Shown here: positions 18,402 to 28,222 of the stretch, one piece after another
Layout: every line of letters starts with the position of its first letter
How positions within the stretch are numbered: position 1 is the stretch's first letter
NCBI GenBank assembly: GCA_964525415.1
Contig: CAZGGZ010000002.1
Location: 17,764 to 81,763 of the forward strand
Source: an uncultured Rikenellaceae bacterium
GTDB lineage: Bacteria > Bacteroidota > Bacteroidia > Bacteroidales > VadinHA17
DNA: 64,000 nucleotides
Direction: 5' to 3'
The notes under the pieces: model-generated
The model's input: the letters and a program-made list of their open reading frames with translations, nothing else
Database searches by the model: none
Told to the model about the DNA's origin: nothing
Position numbers and translations under genes: made by a program

Positions 18402-20027
18402 TTATTCAAGAATTACGGTTTTGTCCTTAGGATATTTTACAGAATAGGTAAGAACGATCTGTTTTGTTTCCTGGGGCTTGATCTCAAGATCCCACCTGAT
18501 CTCGCCTGTCTGCTGGTTGTGTCTTCCCCCGGTCAGCTCGAGCACCTCAACAGTTATCCCGCTGTTCGATGATATCGGCAACTGATCTCTGAGTGACATT
18601 TTTATCTGGCTCGATTTATTGTTCCTGACCGTCAGCAGAAACGAATATGTTTCTGTCTTGTTTGTACCGATCACTTTCTTGCTTGTGAAATCCTGCCGTT
18701 TCTCTCTTTTTACAAGTATGCTGTTATCGGTTCCGAGCGAAAGGGTAAGCGTATCGGTCAGCTGGTTTACATTAAGATCCGATTTCCCTACATATGTGTT
18801 CTCAAAATAAAGAGTTGCCTCACCGCTCTGAAGGCTCTGTTCCGCCCAGTTGGTTATGTTGCCTGTAAGATAGGCATATGGCGACAGTTTGGGTACAGCC
18901 ACGTATTTGTATTCTGCAGGAGTTGTTGTCCTCTGGATCTCTATTGTCTGCATTTTACCGTCGGATTCAATAGTATAGGGTACGGATACATCGAATGTAA
19001 TTGTTGTTTCACCCACCTGTTTTTCGACCATGACAAAACCTGCCTCTTCTTCCTTCGCTTCATCAGCTACAGCCATTTCCATTACCATGGGCGCCCTGCT
19101 GCTTTTTGCATCACCGGCTGCTTTAGCCCTGATTATCGGTATTGGAGTGAAGAAATCTATGAACCATGGATACAGTACCGGCAAAGTTCCGGCTATCCAT
19201 GGTGTAGCGTTAGAAAAGCTCAGCTTGACATCTTTCCAGGTTGTGCCGGTATTCTGATAAACATTAGCCTTGTAAAAGATATTTACAGGTTTTGTAATAT
19301 CATCCACCCTGATATCGTAAGTCGGGTACCAGCCGGCGTTTGAGGCCACATAAGCAAAGGTAAGTCTTCCTGTGATCGGTTTTTCAGCACTTACAGATAC
19401 TGATATCTCACCTGAAGGAAGCTGGTTCTTACCTATCCTGTCAGATATCTGTTTCTGGAGTGCAGCTATTTGTTTTTCATAATCCTTTATCAGCCTGTTT
19501 TTCCTGAGTATAGTTGTTTTCACCTGGTCCATATTGCTGGTATACAGGTCCATAACGCTCTTTAGCTGTTCAACCGAGAAGGTGGTTTCCTTGACAAGTA
19601 TGCCCCTGTTTGCAACAAGGAAAGCCTCTTTTTCCTGCAGTACGGTGATGGCTGCCTTCTCATCTTCAACCTTAAGCTGAAGGGCTTCTATCTGGCTGCG
19701 GATGTTCTTTATTTCCGGCTGTTCCTCCAGGTTCTGGAGGTAGTTATTCTGGTGATTTACGGAAAGGATCGTAAAAGAACCATACCCTTTAACCTGTATG
19801 CTCTGGGGATCAATATATGGTGAAAGACCTCCGAGTTTAAGGAGAGTCGTACCGGCTGAAATTTCCACAGATGTCTCATGGGTGAGCTGTGCCCTGTCGG
19901 GATAAACTGTGACATGTTTAAGCGCAGCTTTAATGTCTTTTTCGGTCTCAGCAGAAACATAAAGAACTGCTGACAGAAATAATAATGAAGTAAAGATTAT
20001 TTTTCTCATGATATGATCATTTGACAA
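18402..20027 (-). CDS. DUF4139/DUF4140 (MuiA-like) family protein, secreted
   Basis: 541 aa with a signal peptide, a central coiled-coil and a C-terminal beta-rich region. The layout is as I recall for the mucoidy-inhibitor-A-like family. The assignment is from memory, not a search. Confidence 0.6.
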   Translation of the reverse strand: MSNDHIMRKIIFTSLLFLSAVLYVSAETEKDIKAALKHVTVYPDRAQLTHETSVEISAGTTLLKLGGLSPYIDPQSIQVKGYGSFTILSVNHQNNYLQNLEEQPEIKNIRSQIEALQLKVEDEKAAITVLQEKEAFLVANRGILVKETTFSVEQLKSVMDLYTSNMDQVKTTILRKNRLIKDYEKQIAALQKQISDRIGKNQLPSGEISVSVSAEKPITGRLTFAYVASNAGWYPTYDIRVDDITKPVNIFYKANVYQNTGTTWKDVKLSFSNATPWIAGTLPVLYPWFIDFFTPIPIIRAKAAGDAKSSRAPMVMEMAVADEAKEEEAGFVMVEKQVGETTITFDVSVPYTIESDGKMQTIEIQRTTTPAEYKYVAVPKLSPYAYLTGNITNWAEQSLQSGEATLYFENTYVGKSDLNVNQLTDTLTLSLGTDNSILVKREKRQDFTSKKVIGTNKTETYSFLLTVRNNKSSQIKMSLRDQLPISSNSGITVEVLELTGGRHNQQTGEIRWDLEIKPQETKQIVLTYSVKYPKDKTVILE

Positions 20028-20181
20028 AACAGTTTAAAGTTAAGATTTTTATTAATGAAGGAGATACCAAATTCCGGGCTATTAGTTAAATGACCATACT
20101 TAATATATGTTAAATACTCCTTTTTCAGTTTGCCGGTCTCAATATTGGACTACCTTTACCCGAATTTAAAACAAATTGAAA

Positions 20182-21252
20182 ATGGATGGATTAAAAATAG
20201 GGAATCTTGCTGTAGCTGTTCCGGTCATTCAGGGAGGAATGGGAGTCGGAATCTCACTTTCAGGACTGGCAGCAGCAGTTGCTAATGAAGGAGGGATCGG
20301 TGTTATTTCATCAGCGGGACTCGGGCTTTTGTACAGGAATATTTCTGAAAACTTTCTTGAAGCAAGTATAATGGGACTTAAAGAAGAAATAAGGCAAGCA
20401 AGGGAAAAAACTCTTGGAGTCATTGGTGTAAACATTATGGTCGCCATGACAAATTTTGCAGATATGGTCAGGACCTCGATCTCTGAAAAAGTCGACCTGA
20501 TAATAGCAGGAGCAGGGCTCCCCCTGGATCTGCCTTCATTTTTAAAGAGAGACAGTAAAACGAAACTTGTTCCTATTGTATCTTCAGCGAGAGCTGCAAA
20601 AATTATATGTGAAAAGTGGAAGGCCAATTATGATTATCTGCCCGATGCAGTTGTTGTTGAAGGGCCGAAAGCAGGAGGACATCTTGGCTTTAAGGAGGAA
20701 CAGATAAATGATATTGATTATTCACTTGAGAAACTGGTCCCGGAAATTGTCAGTGAGCTGAAGTCATTTGAAGAGAAATATAACCAGAAAATTCCGCTTA
20801 TTGCAGCGGGAGGGATCTATACAGGAGAGGATATTCATAATATCCTTGAGCTTGGGGCGGCTGGTGTACAGATGGGAACCAGGTTTGTAACAACCGAGGA
20901 ATGTGATGCATCACCGGAATTCAAACAATCATATATTGATGCTGAAGAGAAGGATATTGAAATAATAAAGAGTCCGGTGGGTATGCCGGGCCGGGCTATT
21001 ATCAGCAATTTTATTAAAAAAGTTAAGGCAGGAAAGAAACAACCGAAAGCATGTCCTTTCAAATGCATAAAAACATGTGATATTTCCAAAAGTCCCTATT
21101 GCATTATTATTGCATTGATAAATGCCTTGAAGGGGAATTTTGAAAACGGTTATGCTTTTGCAGGGGCAAATGCATTCAGGGCAACGAAAATAACTTCAGT
21201 AAAAGAGATATTCCAGTCGTTGCTCAGCGAGTACCGGGAAAGCAATAAATGA
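20182..21252 (+). CDS. NAD(P)H-dependent flavin oxidoreductase of the nitronate monooxygenase / FabK-like family
   Basis: About 356 aa with PVIQGGMGVGIS...GGIGVISS and AGG.LGF motifs of the NMO TIM-barrel family. The track start is a TTG at 20176; the ATG at 20182 is more likely. Confidence 0.75.
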   Translation: MDGLKIGNLAVAVPVIQGGMGVGISLSGLAAAVANEGGIGVISSAGLGLLYRNISENFLEASIMGLKEEIRQAREKTLGVIGVNIMVAMTNFADMVRTSISEKVDLIIAGAGLPLDLPSFLKRDSKTKLVPIVSSARAAKIICEKWKANYDYLPDAVVVEGPKAGGHLGFKEEQINDIDYSLEKLVPEIVSELKSFEEKYNQKIPLIAAGGIYTGEDIHNILELGAAGVQMGTRFVTTEECDASPEFKQSYIDAEEKDIEIIKSPVGMPGRAIISNFIKKVKAGKKQPKACPFKCIKTCDISKSPYCIIIALINALKGNFENGYAFAGANAFRATKITSVKEIFQSLLSEYRESNK

Positions 21253-21272
21253 AGGGATAGCTCTGTGGGTAT

Positions 21273-21497
21273 CTAATATTGTAGTATATAATGTCCTACA
21301 AGTCTTCCTGAGAGAAACTGAAGCCATACAGAGCACCAGCCGGTACCGTTTAAAATGTCGCCAAAATGGATCTCATAGCCTGTAAACGGTTGAAGATAAT
21401 CAGGTTCAATAATAACTCTGGGTTCTCCCTTAATGACCTCACCGTTATCTTCAAAAACAAAATCCCCGGCAAGCTGAGCTCTTAGCCAGAAACCCAC
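21273..21497 (-). CDS. Doubtful small ORF (74 aa, GTG start), no recognisable family
   Basis: The only ORF in a 369-bp gap between convergent genes. It has a non-ATG start and I see no promoter box. It could be a gene remnant. Confidence 0.15.
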   Translation of the reverse strand: MGFWLRAQLAGDFVFEDNGEVIKGEPRVIIEPDYLQPFTGYEIHFGDILNGTGWCSVWLQFLSGRLVGHYILQY

Positions 21498-21621
21498 ACC
21501 GGCATCATAATTAAAGGTATAAAAGAGAAAATATACTTATAATTCTGACAATGGACAAGATAATTTTGACCAAATGATGAGAACAATCAATGAATATTGC
21601 TATTTATTGGACAGAGATTCC

Positions 21622-23034
21622 TCATTCATTCACAAGCTCCAGGTAACCCACACTACCTGATTCCGCCTCGCCCTGTCCCGCCATCGGGCATCCCGGTACA
21701 GGGCAATTTATGATCTTGTGCTCGTTGTTGTCAGCGGGTTCCCATCCAAGGAGCAGGTATAGTGCAAAGAATCCGAGAACATAAGCGACCGCCACATGCC
21801 AACCCTTCTTCACCCAAAGAACAACGTTTCTTGCTTCAGGAAATTTATTTGTTATTGCAACACCTGCCGATGAACCAAACCATATCATTGATCCTCCGAA
21901 TCCAACAGTATAGGCGAGCATACCCCAGTCATAATGTCCCTGGTCGAGGCAAAGCTTTGTAAGAGGGATATTATCAAATACTGCAGAAAGAAATCCAAGC
22001 GCAAGGGCTGTCACCCAGGAAGCATTTGGAAGCTCTTCAACAGGCATCATTGATGCGCACATCACAAGGCAGAGCAGAAAAATAGTTCCTTTTAACGCAC
22101 CAGGGACTTCTTTCCACGGAACAGATCTTAGTATCATTCCTATTACAATTCCTATCCATACACCCAGTGCCGGCATATCGTACAGAATATTGGAAATTAT
22201 TGCACCTGCAAGGATCAGTACAACATGTACAATCTTAAGCCAGTCAACCTTGACATCATGAGAAGCATCCATCTGGATCCTCTGGTACTTATCCTGCTGG
22301 TGCGCTGCAAACCAGGCAAAGAAAAGCAACGCAACAAACGCAGCCACATAGGCGTGCAGAACATTAAATGCCGAGACTCCGTCAATCCACATCATGGTTG
22401 TTGTTGTATCGCCGACAACACTTCCACTGCCTCCTGCATTACTGGCAGCAACAAGCGCTGCTATATATCCTATATGCACTTTGTTTTTAAATACTACAAG
22501 AGCTATTGTTCCCCCAATAAGTGCAGCTGCTATATTGTCAAGGAATGATGAAAGGATGAACACGAATATCAACAGCAAAAACGGGCCCTTCCAGTCATCC
22601 GGAAGATATCTCGGAATAATCTCCGGGACATGTGATTCTTCAAATATTTTCGAGAGAACTGCAAATCCAAGCAGTAATCCGAGGAGGTTCAGAATTATCC
22701 CCCACTCTCCCTGCCTCAGTTCCTTATCCATCAATTGCTCCCCGAAAGGTGTTGTGCCGAACATATGTTCACCGAGATGAAATCCGGGATCAAAAATGAA
22801 TTTGAAGATCAGCAATACTGTAAGTCCTGAAACTGCCACCCAGAAAGTCTGCTTGTGAAACAGGGCAACTCCCAGAAGTATGAAGCCGAAGATTATAAAT
22901 TCAAGACGAACCGGACCTATGGAAGGAACCTCTCCTCCGGAGGCAAATAAGCAAAGAGGTGATAACATTATCAGTAAAAGGAGAAATATTTTCTTGCCGT
23001 TTTTCAGGAAGGGATTTTTATAAAAGTTGTTCAT
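21622..23034 (-). CDS. Ion transporter of the NhaD/ArsB/CitMHS (IT) superfamily
   Basis: About 470 aa and polytopic, with an SSFLDNIAAALIGG-type motif. The track ORF starts at 23082; the MNNFYKN start at 23034 precedes the first TM helix. Confidence 0.6.
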   Translation of the reverse strand: MNNFYKNPFLKNGKKIFLLLLIMLSPLCLFASGGEVPSIGPVRLEFIIFGFILLGVALFHKQTFWVAVSGLTVLLIFKFIFDPGFHLGEHMFGTTPFGEQLMDKELRQGEWGIILNLLGLLLGFAVLSKIFEESHVPEIIPRYLPDDWKGPFLLLIFVFILSSFLDNIAAALIGGTIALVVFKNKVHIGYIAALVAASNAGGSGSVVGDTTTTMMWIDGVSAFNVLHAYVAAFVALLFFAWFAAHQQDKYQRIQMDASHDVKVDWLKIVHVVLILAGAIISNILYDMPALGVWIGIVIGMILRSVPWKEVPGALKGTIFLLCLVMCASMMPVEELPNASWVTALALGFLSAVFDNIPLTKLCLDQGHYDWGMLAYTVGFGGSMIWFGSSAGVAITNKFPEARNVVLWVKKGWHVAVAYVLGFFALYLLLGWEPADNNEHKIINCPVPGCPMAGQGEAESGSVGYLELVNE

Positions 23035-23200
23035 AATCTGAGCTTTTACCGATACTGTAGATCTTTTAAAACAGGGTGGCAATTTAGAAATATTTAAGGA
23101 TATGTTCTAATGAAGAGTGTAATGTTTAAATGATTTTTGTCATACACCTGTTCCCCTGTAATTTTAGTGCTGATCATTCCGGGAATCATAATATTTTTAA

Positions 23201-23208
23201 TATTTTTG
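23201..23208 (+). promoter_or_regulatory. Candidate -7 promoter box (TATTTTTG) for the suf operon
   Basis: Matches TAnnTTTG about 80 nt upstream of the sufB ATG. No clear -33 TTTG is present. Confidence 0.3.
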
Positions 23209-23289
23209 TATGTTTATTTAGATTAAATATAATTAACAATCAGGTATTATGGTTGTTATTATTATAAAGTATAAGGCAGCTTTTTTGAA

Positions 23290-24738
23290 ATGGCTAAAGA
23301 CCAGGATAATATAATAAATGATGTAACCTCAGGGGATTATAAGTACGGCTTCTATTCAGAAATTGATGCGGAACAGCTCCCCAAAGGGCTTAATGAAGAT
23401 ATTGTACGCACTATTTCGGATAAAAAGAACGAACCGGAATGGCTGCTTGAATTCCGCCTGAAAGCATTCCGCCACTGGCAGACAATGAAGATGCCGGAAT
23501 GGGCAAACCTGAAAATACCCCGGATTGATTACCAGGATATAATCTATTATTCTGCTCCTAAAAAGAAAGCATCCCTGCAAAGCCTTGATGATATTGACCC
23601 TGAACTTAAAAAAACCTTTGATAAGCTGGGAATACCTCTTGAGGAACAGAAGCATCTGTCAGGTGTCGCAGTCGATGCGGTGATGGACTCTGTATCAATA
23701 AAAACAACCTTCAGGGAAACACTCGCAGAATCGGGCATAATATTCTGCTCATTCAGCGATGCTGTAAAAGAATACCCCGAACTGGTAAAAAGATACCTTG
23801 GCACTGTGGTCCCCTACACAGATAATTTCTTTGCCTCGCTTAACTCGGCAGTCTTCAGCGACGGCTCATTCTGCTATATTCCAAAAGGCGTGCGGTGCCC
23901 GATGGAACTGTCAACCTATTTCAGGATAAACGCTGCTAACACCGGACAGTTTGAACGGACACTTCTTGTCGCTGACGAGGAGAGCTATGTAAGCTACCTT
24001 GAAGGATGCACTGCTCCAATGAGGGACGAAAACCAGCTGCATGCTGCAATTGTTGAGATCATAGCAGAGAATAACGCAGAAGTCAGGTACTCAACTGTTC
24101 AGAACTGGTACCCCGGTGATAAGGACGGCAGGGGAGGGATATTCAATTTTGTCACAAAGAGGGGATTATGCAGGGGAGAGAACTCAAAAATATCATGGAC
24201 ACAAGTGGAAACCGGATCTGCAATCACCTGGAAATACCCCTCATGCATTCTGAAAGGTGATAATTCAACAGGAGAATTCTATTCGGTTGCCGTAACCAAT
24301 AATTACCAGCAGGCAGATACGGGAACCAAGATGATCCATATCGGGAAGAACACAAAGAGCACAATTGTATCTAAGGGGATCTCAGCAGGGCACGGCCAAA
24401 ACAGCTACCGGGGGCTTGTTAAAGTACTGAAGAACGCAACAGGTTCAAGGAATTTCTCGCAATGCGATTCGCTGCTTCTTGGAGATAAATGCGGGGCTCA
24501 TACCTTCCCTTACCTGGAGGTCGATAACCAGAGCGCTATCGTTGAGCATGAGGCAACAACCTCAAAGATAGGGGAAGACCAGATCTTTTACTGCAACCAG
24601 AGAGGCATATCAACCGAGGATGCAATAGGGCTTATTGTCAATGGGTATGCCAGGGAAGTAATAAACAAGCTGCCTATGGAATTTGCAGTTGAAGCACAAA
24701 AATTATTGCAGATCAGCCTTGAAGGAAGTGTAGGGTAG
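23290..24738 (+). CDS. sufB: Fe-S cluster assembly scaffold SufB
   Basis: 482 aa, recognisably SufB throughout (e.g. [37 protein letters not shown]). It heads a suf cluster. Confidence 0.95.
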   Translation: MAKDQDNIINDVTSGDYKYGFYSEIDAEQLPKGLNEDIVRTISDKKNEPEWLLEFRLKAFRHWQTMKMPEWANLKIPRIDYQDIIYYSAPKKKASLQSLDDIDPELKKTFDKLGIPLEEQKHLSGVAVDAVMDSVSIKTTFRETLAESGIIFCSFSDAVKEYPELVKRYLGTVVPYTDNFFASLNSAVFSDGSFCYIPKGVRCPMELSTYFRINAANTGQFERTLLVADEESYVSYLEGCTAPMRDENQLHAAIVEIIAENNAEVRYSTVQNWYPGDKDGRGGIFNFVTKRGLCRGENSKISWTQVETGSAITWKYPSCILKGDNSTGEFYSVAVTNNYQQADTGTKMIHIGKNTKSTIVSKGISAGHGQNSYRGLVKVLKNATGSRNFSQCDSLLLGDKCGAHTFPYLEVDNQSAIVEHEATTSKIGEDQIFYCNQRGISTEDAIGLIVNGYAREVINKLPMEFAVEAQKLLQISLEGSVG

Positions 24739-24800
24739 AAGACAGAAGACGGAAGACAGAAGACGGAAGACAGAAGACGGAAGAAACAAGACCCAAGAAA
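24738..24800. repeat. 7-bp tandem repeat, nine units (GAAGACA/GAAGACG x6, then GAAGAAA CAAGACC CAAGAAA)
   Basis: Read directly. The first unit overlaps the last base of the sufB TAG stop. Confidence 0.85.
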
Positions 24801-24855
24801 ATCCCCTCCCGGGAGAGCCTGTCCCGCATAAGCGGGAGGTTGGGGTGGGTCAATA
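24801..24855. repeat. GC-rich imperfect palindromic element, copy B
   Basis: Sequence is atCCCCTCCCGGGAGagcctgtCCCGCataaGCGGGaGGTTGGGGTGGGTcaat. Its 3' part aligns with the reverse complement of copy A (GGGGCTGGGGGTGGGTTAAT) and with copy C (GGGGGAGTGGGGGTAA). Confidence 0.7.
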
Positions 24856-24866
24856 AAAATAAGAAA

Positions 24867-25622
24867 ATGTTGATTATTAAGAACTTAAAAGCTGCTATCA
24901 ACGGAAAACAAATCCTGAAGGGAATCAGCCTGGAAGTGAAAGCTGGTGAGATACATGCCATAATGGGGCCTAACGGATCAGGAAAAAGCACGCTGGCAGC
25001 AGTGCTGGCAGGAAGGGAATTTGCCGAAGTTACTGAAGGAACTGTCACTTACATGGGAAGAAACCTTTTTGAGATGGCCGCTGAGGACCGGTCAAAAGAG
25101 GGAATATTCCTGGGCTTCCAGTATCCGATAGAAATTCCCGGGGTCAGCATGGTCAATTTTATGAAAACCGCAGTAAACGAGCACCGGAAACACAAAGGAC
25201 TTGAACCTCTCTCTGCATCCGACTTCCTCAAGCTGATGCGCGAGAAGAAAGAGTTTGTGGAAATAGACTCGAAGCTAACGAACAGATCGGTAAATGAAGG
25301 ATTTTCAGGTGGAGAAAAGAAGAAAAATGAGATATTCCAGATGGCAATGCTTGAACCGAAGCTTGCCATACTTGATGAAACCGACTCGGGGCTTGATATC
25401 GATGCCCTGCGTATCGTGGCTAACGGCGTCAACAGGCTGAAACGTCCCGATAATGCGGCGATTGTGATCACTCATTATCAGAGACTGCTTGATTATATTG
25501 TTCCTGATGTTGTACATGTGCTGTATGACGGCCGCATAGTAAAAACAGCGGGCAAGGAACTGGCTCTCGAACTTGAGGAAAAAGGATACGAATGGATCAA
25601 AGAACATGTTGAGGAGAAATAA
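24867..25622 (+). CDS. sufC: Fe-S cluster assembly ATPase SufC
   Basis: Has Walker A GPNGSGKST, signature FSGGEKKK and Walker B LAILDETDSGLD. The MLIIKNLKA start at 24867 is typical; the track ORF starts in the repeat at 24840 (TTG). Confidence 0.93.
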   Translation: MLIIKNLKAAINGKQILKGISLEVKAGEIHAIMGPNGSGKSTLAAVLAGREFAEVTEGTVTYMGRNLFEMAAEDRSKEGIFLGFQYPIEIPGVSMVNFMKTAVNEHRKHKGLEPLSASDFLKLMREKKEFVEIDSKLTNRSVNEGFSGGEKKKNEIFQMAMLEPKLAILDETDSGLDIDALRIVANGVNRLKRPDNAAIVITHYQRLLDYIVPDVVHVLYDGRIVKTAGKELALELEEKGYEWIKEHVEEK

Positions 25623-25627
25623 CGCTG

Positions 25628-26995
25628 ATGAATAACCTGCCCGAAAGATCTGAACGCTATTACAGGCTTTATCAAGAGAACATAAAGAGAATTACGGAGA
25701 ATTCCGCTCCTTTTATAAATTCTTTCCGCGGAGCTGCAATTGCTGACTTCTGTAAAACCGGAATCCCGACAAGAAAGAATGAATCTTACAGGTATACAAA
25801 TCTCGATACTTTCTTCAATCATGATTACAAGAGCTATTTTATTCCTGAAGAATCTGATTTTGTAAAAGCCGAACAATTCAGGTGTGATGTGTCAGATCTG
25901 GACGCATACGGCGTTGTTCTTCTGAATGGCTTTTATCCGACCATCAATGGCAAACTGCGTGAACTGCCCGGAGGAATATATATTGGAAGCCTGAATGAGG
26001 CTGCAAAGAAATTCGGGGATAAGATAGAAAAGCACTATGGGAAATATGTGAACGGCAATTCCGACGGGCTTGTACACCTTAATACTGCAATTGCCTCCGA
26101 CGGCGTTTTCGTTTATGTGCCCAAAGGCGCAGTACTCAAGCGACCGGTTCAGGTTGTCAACCTTGTTGAGTCGGAGACCGACATGTTCAGCCAGCACAGG
26201 AACCTTATAATAGTTGAAGATAATGCCGACTTTACTCTGATCATCTGCGACCATACCCTTTCACCGGTTAAATTCCTGACAAATGCTGTCACGGAAGTTT
26301 ATGTGGGAGAGAATGCACATTTTGATATCATGAGAGTTCAGAATGAGCACAATAACGCATGCAAGATAACACATACCTTCATTCACCAGGAAAGGAACAG
26401 CCAGGTGTCGTCAAACAATATTACACTTCATGGCGGACTCGTGCGTAACAGCACTTATCATTATCTCGGAGGCGAGGGAGCCGGGAGCAATTCGTACGGA
26501 TTGTTCCTTGCCGATAAATGGCAACATGTGGATAATTACGTGAATATCGAACATGCATATCCGAACTGCACCAGCAACCAGCTCTTCAAGGGCGTTCTGG
26601 ATGATATGGCCACGGGAGCCTTCAACGGACGGATATATGTTCATAAGGATGCGCAGGGAACTGTGGCATACCAGAGGAACAACAACATTCTTCTCACTGA
26701 TGATGCGAAAATGGATACCAAGCCTCAGCTTGAGATCTATGCCGATGACGTGAAATGCAGTCATGGCGCAACGGTTGGCAGGCTAAATGATGACGCCCTG
26801 TTTTATATGCAGTCCCGTGGGATTAACAAACGTGAAGCATTGCTCATGCTTATGTTCGGTTTTGCCCATGAAGTAATACGTAATATTAAAGTTGAAGCTC
26901 TGCAGGAGAGAATGGATAACCTGGTGATGCAGCGGCTGAAAGGCGAGCTGTCAAGATGCGCGAGCTGCATGGTAAGATGCGATAAAATGCACTGA
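25628..26995 (+). CDS. sufD: Fe-S cluster assembly protein SufD
   Basis: 455 aa with the SufB/D beta-helix C-terminal region (QLEIYADDVKCSHGATVG). Position after sufC supports the call. Confidence 0.9.
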   Translation: MNNLPERSERYYRLYQENIKRITENSAPFINSFRGAAIADFCKTGIPTRKNESYRYTNLDTFFNHDYKSYFIPEESDFVKAEQFRCDVSDLDAYGVVLLNGFYPTINGKLRELPGGIYIGSLNEAAKKFGDKIEKHYGKYVNGNSDGLVHLNTAIASDGVFVYVPKGAVLKRPVQVVNLVESETDMFSQHRNLIIVEDNADFTLIICDHTLSPVKFLTNAVTEVYVGENAHFDIMRVQNEHNNACKITHTFIHQERNSQVSSNNITLHGGLVRNSTYHYLGGEGAGSNSYGLFLADKWQHVDNYVNIEHAYPNCTSNQLFKGVLDDMATGAFNGRIYVHKDAQGTVAYQRNNNILLTDDAKMDTKPQLEIYADDVKCSHGATVGRLNDDALFYMQSRGINKREALLMLMFGFAHEVIRNIKVEALQERMDNLVMQRLKGELSRCASCMVRCDKMH

Positions 26996-26996
26996 T

Positions 26997-28217
26997 TTGA
27001 AAACTATCAACGACATAAGGGCTGATTTCCCGATACTTGGCACGAAGGTTTACGGCAAACCTCTTGTTTATTTTGATAATGGCGCTACAACGCAGAAACC
27101 TCAATCTGTAATTGATGTTGTCAGTGAAGTATGTGCAACCTATAATGCAAACATACACAGAGGTGTACATGCCCTGAGCGACAGAGCATCAGAGGAATAT
27201 GAAAAAGCCAGGGAAAAGGTCAGGTCCTTCATAAATGCCGGAAAAAGGGAAGAAGTCGTGTTTACTTCAGGAACAACAGGTTCAATAAATGCCCTGGCAT
27301 TTTCGTTTGGCGAAAGATATATAAAGCAGGGTGATGAAGTAATTATAAGCCACCTTGAACACCATGCCAACATTGTGCCATGGCAGATGATGTGCGATCG
27401 CAAAGGCGCGATTCTCAGGGTGATACCTGTAGATGATAATGGAGAGATACTTCTTGATGAATACCTGAAGCTGCTTAATAACAGGACAAAGATTGTCGCA
27501 GTCACCCAGGTTTCGAATGCCCTGGGAACCATACTTCCGGTGAAAGAAATTGTTGAAGCTGCTCATTCCATGAATATCCCGGTGCTTGTTGACGGCGCCC
27601 AGGGAATCCAGCACGGAACAGCTGATGTTTCAGCAATGGATTGTGATTTTTATGTTTTTTCCGGGCACAAAATATATGCTCCAACAGGTATAGGTATTCT
27701 GTACGGTAAGGAAAAATGGCTTTCTGAGCTTCCGCCATACCAGGGAGGAGGCGATATGGTTGCAAATGTCACATTTGAAAAGACGACCTATAATGATCTT
27801 CCATTCAGGTTTGAAGCAGGAACAATGAACTTCACCGGTGCTATAGGACTTGGCGCTGCCCTTGACTATGTAGAATCGATAGGACTGGCGAATATAGAAA
27901 AGATGGAGAAGAAGCTTCTTTCTTATGCAACAGAGAGACTTTCAGCAATCAAAGAGGTAAGAATATACGGCACTTCTGAAAGGAAGATCCCCATCATCTC
28001 CTTCCTGGTAAAAAATGTTCATCAGTACGATACAGGCATGATACTTGACAAGCTTGGAATAGCCGTCCGCACCGGCACTCACTGTGCCCAGCCTGTTATG
28101 GACAGGTTCGGCATTGAGGGAACAGTAAGGGCATCAATGTGCTTTTATAATACAAAAGAAGAGATCGACCTGCTTGGCACGGGAATTGAAAAGGTGATAA
28201 CAGTGTTTTCAAAATAG
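26997..28217 (+). CDS. sufS: Cysteine desulfurase SufS (class V aminotransferase, group II)
   Basis: 406 aa with the PLP-lysine context FSGHKIY and the active-site loop RTGTHCAQP. The start codon is TTG. Confidence 0.92.
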   Translation: MKTINDIRADFPILGTKVYGKPLVYFDNGATTQKPQSVIDVVSEVCATYNANIHRGVHALSDRASEEYEKAREKVRSFINAGKREEVVFTSGTTGSINALAFSFGERYIKQGDEVIISHLEHHANIVPWQMMCDRKGAILRVIPVDDNGEILLDEYLKLLNNRTKIVAVTQVSNALGTILPVKEIVEAAHSMNIPVLVDGAQGIQHGTADVSAMDCDFYVFSGHKIYAPTGIGILYGKEKWLSELPPYQGGGDMVANVTFEKTTYNDLPFRFEAGTMNFTGAIGLGAALDYVESIGLANIEKMEKKLLSYATERLSAIKEVRIYGTSERKIPIISFLVKNVHQYDTGMILDKLGIAVRTGTHCAQPVMDRFGIEGTVRASMCFYNTKEEIDLLGTGIEKVITVFSK

Positions 28218-28222
28218 ATTAA

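Noticed and set aside
19975-20030. Apparent one-base frame discrepancy near the 5' end of the DUF4139-like gene when I hand-translated the printed sequence
   Set aside because: The ORF track gives an uninterrupted 541-aa frame, and coordinates on both sides (18402 stop, 20176 next gene) are self-consistent. I attribute the discrepancy to my own misreading of an A-run, not to a real frameshift or pseudogene.
23176-23186. Palindrome ATTCC-G-GGAAT upstream of the suf promoter as a possible Fe-S/iron regulator operator
   Set aside because: It has only 5-bp arms and does not match the Fur, IscR or SufR consensus sequences I know. It is too short to distinguish from chance.
24738-24800. Possible CRISPR array or other spacer-containing repeat
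   Set aside because: The units are 7 bp and directly tandem, with no spacers. No cas genes or 25-40 bp repeats occur anywhere in the window. The same holds for the 8-bp repeat at 17957 and the 5-bp repeats.
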